Assembly: GCA_040005235.1 (NCBI GenBank)
Contig: JBDTZG010000097.1
Span: 1 to 15,334 of the forward strand
Origin: Acidobacteriota bacterium
GTDB lineage: Bacteria; Acidobacteriota; Thermoanaerobaculia; Multivoradales; UBA5704
Reading direction: 5' to 3'
DNA length: 15,334 nt
In this document: piece after piece, positions 9,146 through 15,334 of the stretch
Position numbering within the stretch: position 1 is the first letter of the stretch
How the letters are laid out: every line of letters starts with the position of its first letter
Translations under genes and position numbers: made by a program
The notes under the pieces: model-generated
What the model was told of the DNA's origin: nothing
The model's input: the letters and a program-made list of their open reading frames with translations, nothing else
The model's database searches: none

Positions 9146-9180
9146 GGCTTCCTGCTCCTGTGCGAACTTCGACCCGCAGT

Positions 9181-9852
9181 CTAGATCCGCTTGATCGTCG
9201 CGAACCAGGCCGGTGCGCCGTCGTCGTGGAATCTCGTCTGAACCCGGTCCCGTTCGATTGCGGCGACGTTCCATCCGGTGCCGGGGTTGAACGCCGCCCC
9301 CAGCTCTACCTTACCCATGGGGTGCGGGCCGGTATCGGGACCCTCGTCACTGAAGCACAACACATACAGGGTTCCGCCGTGCTCGGTCACCGACGCGAGA
9401 CTCGCCACGTATACCGGTCGCTCGTAGCCGTCGAAGGTGTGGAACAGTCCGCAGTCCAGCACCGTCTCAAACCTGCGCCCCAAACGCTCCAGATGGACCG
9501 CGTCAGCCGCAGCGAATTCAGCTTCGATCCCGCGCTCGTCGGCCTTCTTTCGAGCGATCGCCAATGCCGTCTCCGCCACGTCAACGCCCAGAACCGAGAA
9601 TCCCTGCGAGGCGACGTGAAGGGAATTTTCGCCGGTCCCGCAACCCGCATCGAGCACCGCTCCCGCGATTCCGCCTTCGGATGCCAAACGCACGATTGCC
9701 GGCTGCGGCCGGCCAATGTCCCAAGGCGCAGGGCCGCTGTGGTAGGACGCATCCCAGGGCAGTCCCGTCATCCGTTCGTGACTGGTTGGCTGCCGACCTC
9801 TGAACGGATCGTCAGTGAGGTCTCGTCCGGGCTCTTCGGTCTTTTCTCTCAC
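9181..9852 (-). CDS. Class I SAM-dependent methyltransferase
   Basis: PWDIGRPQP, motif I VLDAGCGTG, GVD.A..A and FETVLDCGLFH. GTG 9852 has GGAGG upstream. Alternative start at the downstream ATG (MTGLPW). Confidence 0.9.
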   Translation of the reverse strand: MREKTEEPGRDLTDDPFRGRQPTSHERMTGLPWDASYHSGPAPWDIGRPQPAIVRLASEGGIAGAVLDAGCGTGENSLHVASQGFSVLGVDVAETALAIARKKADERGIEAEFAAADAVHLERLGRRFETVLDCGLFHTFDGYERPVYVASLASVTEHGGTLYVLCFSDEGPDTGPHPMGKVELGAAFNPGTGWNVAAIERDRVQTRFHDDGAPAWFATIKRI

Positions 9853-9868
9853 GTACGGCTTCCTCCAA

Positions 9869-10144
9869 TCAGAAGACGCCTTGGAGCACAAACCCGGCGA
9901 AGGCCAAAGCGAGCGCGTTCAGCACCGCCAGAGCCCAGGCAGCTGGGCGGTTCCAGCGAGCAAGGACCCATGAGCCGGCGATTCCGAATACGGAAATGAA
10001 AATGCCGAGGAGGAGGAGGAGCGCTACCTTTGGCGAGTCAAGATGAGAGCAGCGTCCATACCGGACACACCAGGTGCCGACCATCGCAGCAAGAGCCGAG
10101 GTACCGCAGAAAAGTGAAAGTGCCTTGCCGCTGTGAGGAGTCAT
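9869..10144 (-). CDS. Small hypothetical membrane protein (91 aa)
   Basis: Three hydrophobic segments. Fills the gap between co-oriented genes, with GAGGGA upstream of ATG 10144. Confidence 0.6.
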   Translation of the reverse strand: MTPHSGKALSLFCGTSALAAMVGTWCVRYGRCSHLDSPKVALLLLLGIFISVFGIAGSWVLARWNRPAAWALAVLNALALAFAGFVLQGVF

Positions 10145-10178
10145 CTCATCGTCCCTCGAACCGACCGGCTAGTTCCGC

Positions 10179-10442
10179 CTAACCCTTGGTATCGTCACTT
10201 CGCGTGGCGGCGATTCCGAAGAGGGATGCGATCTCGGCTTCACCCCAGCGGTCAAAGTCATCGGGCACAACGATCTCGCCCGCCAGGAAACCGATCCGCA
10301 GGGGCGCCGCGGGCGCGTCCAACGCCGCCACTTTCACCAAAGGCTTGCCTGCCTTGGCGATCACAAAGGGCTCATCTTTGGCGGCCCGCTCTACTAACTT
10401 CGAGAGTTGAGCCTTGGCTCTGCGGATGCTGACGATGATCAT
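10179..10442 (-). CDS. Phd/YefM family antitoxin with no adjacent toxin
   Basis: MIIVSIRRAKAQLSKLVERAAKDEPFVIAKAGKPLVKV...RIGFLAGEIVVPDDFD is a prevent-host-death N-terminus with the G.I.VPDDFD tail typical of VapC-coupled antitoxins. Confidence 0.88.
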   Translation of the reverse strand: MIIVSIRRAKAQLSKLVERAAKDEPFVIAKAGKPLVKVAALDAPAAPLRIGFLAGEIVVPDDFDRWGEAEIASLFGIAATRSDDTKG

Positions 10443-10477
10443 GGTCGCCTCTCGTTTAGCCAGGGTTGACGGGATTG

Positions 10478-10506
10478 AATCTAGGTTGTCGTTCATCCTC
10501 CGTCAA
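10478..10506 (-). promoter_or_regulatory. Sigma70-type promoter for the Phd-like gene
   Basis: Minus strand TTGACG (10506-10501), 17-nt spacer, TAGATT (10483-10478). Overlapped by an imperfect inverted repeat TTGACGG...CCGTCAA (10466-10506). Confidence 0.7.
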
Positions 10507-10519
10507 ATACGAGGGCTCG

Positions 10520-10935
10520 CCGGACCTCAATCCGAACCGTTCGGAACAGGATCGTGATGGCCGGGCCTCAGTCCGAACCGCCAGGACCAGGATGGCAAGG
10601 ACAGAGATCCTGGTCCGGGCCGTCCCGACCGGGATCGCAGCAACCGGGACCTCGGTCCGAGTTGTCCGGACTGGATCGCAACGACCAGGATCTTGGTCTG
10701 AACCGTCCGGACCTGGATCGCAAGGGCCGAGACCTTAGTCCGGATCATCCGGATCCGGATCGCGAAAGCCGAGATCTCGGTTCGAGTCGTCCGGACCGGG
10801 ACGCAACGACCGGGACCTTGGTCTGGACCGTCCGGACCGAGATCACGACGGCCGGGAACTTGGTCCGAGTCGTCCGGTTCGGGATCGCAACGGCCGGGAT
10901 ATCGCTCCAAACCGTCCGGATTTCGATCGCCGCCT
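10520..10935. repeat. Degenerate tandem array of ten 41-42-bp quasi-palindromic units
   Basis: Units start at about 10520, 10561, 10602, 10644, 10685, 10727, 10769, 10810, 10852 and 10894. Consensus is approximately CCGGGAYCTYGGTCCGAACCGTCCGGACCGGGATCGCAACGR. Confidence 0.93.
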
Positions 10936-10958
10936 CGAGTAGCGATATGATTTCCGCC

Positions 10959-11177
10959 ATGAACGAGAGACTCCTGGCCGCCGCCGTCGAGCTCCCTGTG
11001 GAGGAGCGGATCGAGCTGGTCGAAGCGATTTGGGACTCAATTTCCGAGAGGGAAGAGCCGCAACTGACCGAGGCTCAGCGCCGCGAGCTCGACCGGTGCC
11101 TCGACGACCTTGAACAAAATCCCGGAACGTCTAGGCCCTGGGAAGAAGTCAAAGCCCGTCTGCAAAAGGCGCTTTGA
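10959..11177 (+). CDS. Putative addiction module antitoxin (TIGR02574 / Unstab_antitox-like)
   Basis: LPVEERIELVEAIWDSI...LTEAQRRELDR......NP....PWEEVKARL is the typical family pattern. TATGAT lies 7 nt before the ATG. Confidence 0.9.
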   Translation: MNERLLAAAVELPVEERIELVEAIWDSISEREEPQLTEAQRRELDRCLDDLEQNPGTSRPWEEVKARLQKAL

Positions 11178-11477
11178 GCCTTCCTGTCCTAGTCCGGCCT
11201 CTCGCCGAAGACGATCTGCTCGCCGCACAGTCCTGGTACGAGCAGCAGCGGCCCGGATTTGGGCGCAGAATTCAAGGCCGAGGTCGACCGCTTCGTCGCA
11301 AAAGTATAGTAAACGCCTCTGATCTTCCCGAGGGTTCATCGCGGTGCTCGGTGCGCCCGCGTCGGCAGATTTCCCTATTGACTCCTCTTCGGGCTCTATC
11401 CCGATCGGCTGGAGATTGTCGCCTGCTTCCACGGTCGTCGGGATCCACGGGAGATCTTCCGTCGGGTCCCCGAATAG
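11174..11477 (+). pseudogene. RelE/ParE family toxin pseudogene
   Basis: TTGA-coupled to the antitoxin. Reads MSLPVLVRPLAEDDLLAAQSWYEQQRPG, then a 1-nt insertion at about 11258-11260, then LGAEFKAEVDRFVAKV**TPLIFPRVHRGARCARVGRFPY*LLFGLYPDRLEIVACFHGRRDP. Stops at 11307, 11310 and 11379. Confidence 0.9.
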
Positions 11478-11619
11478 TTCTCTTCTCTAAGGCGGCGGGA
11501 GAAATGACTTCCAGCTTCTCGTCCTTCTCGTCACCAACGATCGGCAGGTGGATCAGATTGAGTGGGGCGCCCAGATTCGACAGCGGATTCTATCCGACGT
11601 CCTGGCAACTCGGAAGATC

Positions 11620-12675
11620 CTACGAGAGAGACAAGCTCCTCCAAAACTCGTGAAATAGCTCCGCACAACGAAGATCGTTTCTCAAGAATATATTTGCGGC
11701 TTGCAGATGTCCAAAGTCCGAAAGTTCGGCTTCGATCTCGCGAACATCGCTCGTGGAAATTCCGTGCGCCGTCGCATAAATTTTGCAAGATTTCTTTGCC
11801 CTGAGTCCGGCGGGCGGAGAAAAAAGTAGCTGCATGTTTAGGCGATGAAATGCAAAGCCAAGAAATGCAATTCGTTCAGCTGACTCAACTAGAGACCGTA
11901 TCTCCAGAATGTCACTTTTGCTCGGATCGACTCCCTCACTGAACGTTCGTAGCTCACCCGCTAAGGCGTAGAGCTGCATCGGTTCTGGAGTCACGCCAAA
12001 GTCAACCCCATCCTTATGCTGCCATGGCAGCTTTCCAACGGTTCCATAGGGGTGGTAGATCTCAATTCTCGCCAACGCGGCAATCGAATCTTCTACCTTC
12101 ATGCCGTAATAGTTTTGAAATGAAGAATGCAGGTAATGCTCAAGGCAGCGATCGTAATTAAAACAAATGATTGCTACCTTTGAAAGCCTGTCCGGCAAAT
12201 CGCTCTCCTGGCAGTTCTCTGTCAGGATTTGGAAAAAAGCATTGAACCACGTGGGAGACGCTTTGGAAAAATCAAGCTTGTTGTAGATGTTTCGGCGATC
12301 AACCGTCAATATGCTTTTCGACTCAGCCTCAAGAATACACCATGCAATTGCCAACTTGCCACTGAGAGTGATCGCTTCATCAGATCGGTGTGAGTCGATG
12401 AAGTTGTCGATCGAAAGTGCTTGAGGCATCGCATCGGAGACCCGCCTCGCAGCGTTCAGGTACAGATTGATGTCGGGCCTGCTCGGATTAAATGACGTAG
12501 CCAACTTGAAAGCACTGAACAAGACCCTTTCGCTGGTGGAAGCGGGGGACTGGTGATCAATCTTAAAGTTAAGAACGCGCGAGATGTGACGTTTCAACTC
12601 TGAGCCCACAGGAAGATCTGCTTCTTTGCTCGCCCCAGCCCCGACGATAAGCACTAGCGACTTTTGAATGGACAT
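11620..12675 (-). CDS. SIR2-like (sirtuin/NADase fold) domain protein, candidate defence effector
   Basis: N-terminal LVLIVGAGAS..ADLP.G.EL, then SIDNF, IICFNYD, IYHPYG and C-terminal IAFLGFAF. Visibly more AT-rich than the flanks. Start placed at ATG 12675 (351 aa). Confidence 0.8.
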   Translation of the reverse strand: MSIQKSLVLIVGAGASKEADLPVGSELKRHISRVLNFKIDHQSPASTSERVLFSAFKLATSFNPSRPDINLYLNAARRVSDAMPQALSIDNFIDSHRSDEAITLSGKLAIAWCILEAESKSILTVDRRNIYNKLDFSKASPTWFNAFFQILTENCQESDLPDRLSKVAIICFNYDRCLEHYLHSSFQNYYGMKVEDSIAALARIEIYHPYGTVGKLPWQHKDGVDFGVTPEPMQLYALAGELRTFSEGVDPSKSDILEIRSLVESAERIAFLGFAFHRLNMQLLFSPPAGLRAKKSCKIYATAHGISTSDVREIEAELSDFGHLQAANIFLRNDLRCAELFHEFWRSLSLS

Positions 12676-12797
12676 AAGGCGGCTGACTTTGAGCTTTTGG
12701 TCTATCAAAGGTTCGAGCACGCCATAACGCAGCGATCGGACCGAAGAACAACTAAAATCATTCGCGCAGCGTCGCATTCACCGTGTCGAAACGCGCT

Positions 12798-12836
12798 CAG
12801 TTCGGCGTCCGCCTCTTCGTGGAGCCAATAGCTCAC
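12798..12836 (-). pseudogene. N-terminal remnant of a RelE/ParE toxin
   Basis: GTGA overlap with the antitoxin stop. Reads MSYWLHEEADAEL, matching the ParE-like start (H.EA..EL), after which similarity is lost. The frame closes at 12705. Confidence 0.6.
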
Positions 12837-13057
12837 GCGATACTCGCTCTCGCTCGCTCCAACGCCTCCCGCCCCGCCACCATTCTTGAGAGACCCTCCG
12901 TGACTTCTGCTTCTCGTCGAAGAGCTTCCGCAACCCACGCTCGCTCCAGCTCGGTGTCTGGCTCGAAACTCTGGATCAGCCGCTCCAGGAGATGAGCGCG
13001 GTCTTGGGGGGCAAGCCTGAGGACTTGAGCCTCAAGTTCATGGAGCAGTGTAGGCAT
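12833..13057 (-). CDS. Putative addiction module antitoxin (TIGR02574-like)
   Basis: RBS GGAGG. MPTLLHELEAQVLRLAPQDRAHLLERLIQSFE...ERAWVAEALRR.AE...G matches the L.L...DRA.L...L..S / AW..EA.RR family pattern. Confidence 0.88.
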   Translation of the reverse strand: MPTLLHELEAQVLRLAPQDRAHLLERLIQSFEPDTELERAWVAEALRREAEVTEGLSRMVAGREALERARASIA

Positions 13058-13252
13058 GTCGTCCTCCGGTCGTCGCCGAGACACTAAGCATGCCATAGAC
13101 CCGAGCCGGTGTTGCCCCTGGCATTCGGCAAGGAGAACCGCTGCTCTTCCACTGCCCTTCCCCCACCCCTTGACGCCACCGCCCGGCACGCGAAACCATA
13201 GCGGGCTGCCCGCCGCGGCTTCTCGCGGTTGTCTGTGGGGCCTTCTACCGCC

Positions 13253-13684
13253 ATGTTCACGATCTTCAAAGACTTCCCGTTCTCGGCGGCGCATTCGATT
13301 CGGGGTCATACCCGGGGGTGCCAGAATTTGCATGGGCACAACTACCGGGTGCGGGTGCATTTGACGGCGGAGCGGCTGGACGGCTTGGGGATGGTGCTCG
13401 ACTTCGCGGATTTGAAAGCGATCATGGCCGAGGTGATCGGGCCGTTCGACCACCGGGTGCTCAACGAAATCCCGCCGTTCGATGTCCGTAACACGACGGC
13501 CGAGCTGATCGCGCAGTATGTCTGCGAGGAGGTCTCGCGGCGATTGGCGGCGGGCGCGGGCGCCGAGGGGCGGGGCGTACGGGTGGCGCAGGTGGACGTT
13601 TGGGAGACCGACACCTCGTGCGCGATCTTCACCCCCGATTTGGGCGTCCTCGGCGCGGCCGAGCGAGAACCCGGACGGGACTAA
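13253..13684 (+). CDS. queD: 6-carboxy-5,6,7,8-tetrahydropterin synthase (QueD/PTPS family)
   Basis: FSAAH, CQNLHGHNY (Cys + HGH), GMVLDF, DHR.LN, NTTAE.IA and VWET motifs. Confidence 0.92.
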   Translation: MFTIFKDFPFSAAHSIRGHTRGCQNLHGHNYRVRVHLTAERLDGLGMVLDFADLKAIMAEVIGPFDHRVLNEIPPFDVRNTTAELIAQYVCEEVSRRLAAGAGAEGRGVRVAQVDVWETDTSCAIFTPDLGVLGAAEREPGRD

Positions 13685-13764
13685 ACGCGTAGACAGGTTT
13701 GTTCCCGGATCGGGAATCCCACGACGAAAGCGCCTCTGCGGGCGAGAGAAGAGAAGAGAACTGC

Positions 13765-14997
13765 ATGTCCACCGAGAAACCATCCCTCGAAGGTCTTCGC
13801 ATCGACCGGGGCGAGGAGCGCGGATCGGGCGGCCGAGGCCGCTGGATCGGGCTCGCCGTTCTGGTTTTGACGGCAGCGGGGGGCGCCTACTATTGGTTTT
13901 CCCGGCCGCGGGCGATCGAGGTCGAGACGGCCGCCGCGGTCGAGGTGCCTTCGGGCAGCGTCGCCGCGGTGCTCAACGCCTCCGGCTACGTCACCGCCCG
14001 GCGCCAGGCGACGGTCTCGTCGAAGATCACCGGCAAAGTAATCGAGGTGCTGGTCGAAGAGGGCATGGCGGTGACCGAGGGGCAGGTGCTGGCTCGGCTG
14101 GACCCCGCGACGGTCGACCGTGAGGTCGCGCTCGGCGAAGCGCAGCTCGCCGCCTCGCGAAGAATGCTCGATGAGACCGAGGTCCGGCGGAAGGAGGCCG
14201 AGGTCAACCGGCGGCGGGCGCACCAGCTGCGCGATCAGGCGGTCGGCAGCCAAGCCGATGCGGACGCGGCGGATGCGGCGGCGGATTCGCTCGCCGCGCG
14301 CCTTGCTTCCCAGCGGGAGGACATAAAGGTCGCCGAGCGCCAGCTCGCTCTCCGCCGCCAAGATCGCGAGGACACGGTGATCCGGGCGCCGTTTTCCGGC
14401 GTCGCGATCTCCAAGGACGCGCAGCCGGGCGAAATGATCTCGCCGGTCTCGGCGGGCGGCGGGTTCACGCGGACCGGCGTTTGCACGGTGGTCGACATGA
14501 AGTCGCTGGAAATCGAGATCGACGTCAACGAAAGCTACATCAACCGGGTCAAACCAGGTCAGAGGGCCGAGGCGGCGCTGGACGCCTATCCGGACTGGAA
14601 GATTCCGGCGACGGTGATCACCACGATCCCGGCCGCCGACCGTGAGAAGGCGACCGTGCGGGTGCGCGTGGGCTTCGACCAGCTCGATCCGCGCATCCTT
14701 CCCGACATGGGGGTCAAGGTGGCGTTCCTGGGCGACGACGCCGAAGGCGCGGCCGCGGTGGTCGAAAAGCCCCCGGTGCGGGTGCCCAAAGCGGCCCTGC
14801 GCGGCACGAGCGGAGCGCGCGTGGTTTGGGTTGTCTCCGCCGGGCGCATCGAGCGGCGCGCGATTAAGGTGGCGAGCGATCAAGCCGACCCGGTCGACGT
14901 GCTTTCCGGGCTCGCGTCCGGCGAGCGGGTGGTGGTGGCCGGGCCGGCCGACCTCGTCGAGGGAGCCCAGGTGGTCGAGGCGAAGGTCAAGAGATAG
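13765..14997 (+). CDS. Efflux transporter periplasmic adaptor subunit (MacA/HlyD-like MFP)
   Basis: N-terminal TM anchor, V.SKITGKV....VEEG..V..GQVLARLD lipoyl half, alpha-hairpin, IRAPFSG, DV.ES.I..VKPGQ, P.D....TV.VRV and LPDM. Confidence 0.93.
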   Translation: MSTEKPSLEGLRIDRGEERGSGGRGRWIGLAVLVLTAAGGAYYWFSRPRAIEVETAAAVEVPSGSVAAVLNASGYVTARRQATVSSKITGKVIEVLVEEGMAVTEGQVLARLDPATVDREVALGEAQLAASRRMLDETEVRRKEAEVNRRRAHQLRDQAVGSQADADAADAAADSLAARLASQREDIKVAERQLALRRQDREDTVIRAPFSGVAISKDAQPGEMISPVSAGGGFTRTGVCTVVDMKSLEIEIDVNESYINRVKPGQRAEAALDAYPDWKIPATVITTIPAADREKATVRVRVGFDQLDPRILPDMGVKVAFLGDDAEGAAAVVEKPPVRVPKAALRGTSGARVVWVVSAGRIERRAIKVASDQADPVDVLSGLASGERVVVAGPADLVEGAQVVEAKVKR

Positions 14998-15054
14998 GTA
15001 GTCGACGGATTCGAAGCGGGCACACGCGCGCGGCGCGGGCCGGAGGGGATCGAG

Positions 15055-15334
15055 ATGGCGAATAGCAGCGATACGTTGGTGAGGGTGGAGAAGGTCCACA
15101 AGGTGTATCGCCGGGGCGACGAGCGAATCGACGTGCTCGACGATCTGAGCCTCGAAGTCCCGCAGGGCGACTTCCTGGCCTTGATGGGCCCTTCCGGTTC
15201 GGGCAAGTCGACGCTCCTAAACCTGATCGGCGGCCTCGACCGGCCGACCTCCGGCCGGGTCGAGGTCGCCGGCTCGGACATCGGCGGCCTGTCCGACGCG
15301 GCCCTGGCGCGCTGGCGGGCGCGCCACATCGGGT
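15055..15334 (+). CDS. ABC transporter ATP-binding protein (MacB/LolD-like), truncated by the window end
   Basis: Not in the ORF track. ATG 15055 follows GGAGG. Reads MANSSDTLVRVEKVHKVYRRGDERIDVLDDLSLEVPQGDFLALMGPSGSGKSTLLNLIGGLDRPTSG...WRARHIG. Confidence 0.93.
   Translation, partial: MANSSDTLVRVEKVHKVYRRGDERIDVLDDLSLEVPQGDFLALMGPSGSGKSTLLNLIGGLDRPTSGRVEVAGSDIGGLSDAALARWRARHIG

Noticed and set aside
10520-10935. CRISPR array or type III TA (ToxI-like) RNA antitoxin
   Set aside because: The units are degenerate and contiguous with no unique spacers and no cas genes. There is no ToxN/CptN/TenpN-like ORF or intervening terminator downstream.
10554-10958. Repeat-encoded N-terminal extension of the 207-aa ORF (10554..11177), and the other short ORFs over the array
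   Set aside because: The peptide repeat changes character at each 1-nt deletion, and the antitoxin family sequence begins at ATG 10959 with its own -10.
10177-12728. Integron cassette (attC) signatures: minus-strand GTTAGGC (10177-10183) before the 91-aa gene and GTTATGG (about 12722-12728) before SIR2
   Set aside because: I found no matching RYYYAAC after the stops, no full attC palindromes and no integrase. IntegronFinder would settle it.
13060-13252. preQ1 riboswitch upstream of queD
   Set aside because: No recognisable preQ1-I stem-loop with A-rich tail.
11476-13762. AGAGAAGAGAACT at about 13750-13762 and its inverse at 11476-11488 as mobile-element terminal repeats
   Set aside because: Low-complexity purine tract, no transposase, no target duplication seen, and the span would include queD.
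13058-13783. Long N-terminal part of ORF 12833..13783
   Set aside because: It is antisense to queD. The real antitoxin starts at ATG 13057 behind GGAGG.

Overview
GC-rich bacterial window. A full-length ADOP-type duplicated permease suggests Acidobacteriota (inference). From left to right it holds: a GT2 glycosyltransferase running off the 5' edge; a degenerate 21-bp GATC-rich array in front of a small helical protein with a basic tail; a YtrA-like GntR/ABC-2 operon with a palindromic operator; an ADOP permease and an internally deleted, pseudogenised paralog flanking a hypothetical gene; and VOC, SAM-methyltransferase and small membrane genes. Next is an accessory hotspot (about 10.2-13.1 kb) with three intact type II antitoxin genes whose toxins are all missing or broken, a ten-unit 41-42-bp quasi-palindromic array between two divergent antitoxin promoters, and an AT-richer stand-alone SIR2-like gene sitting where a ParE/RelE toxin should be. 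The window ends with queD and the start of a MacA/MacB-like efflux operon. The least explained signals are the two 21-bp-phased arrays, which share a GAYCTGGATC-like core, and the SIR2/antitoxin arrangement. All family assignments come from motif recognition by eye, not from database searches.
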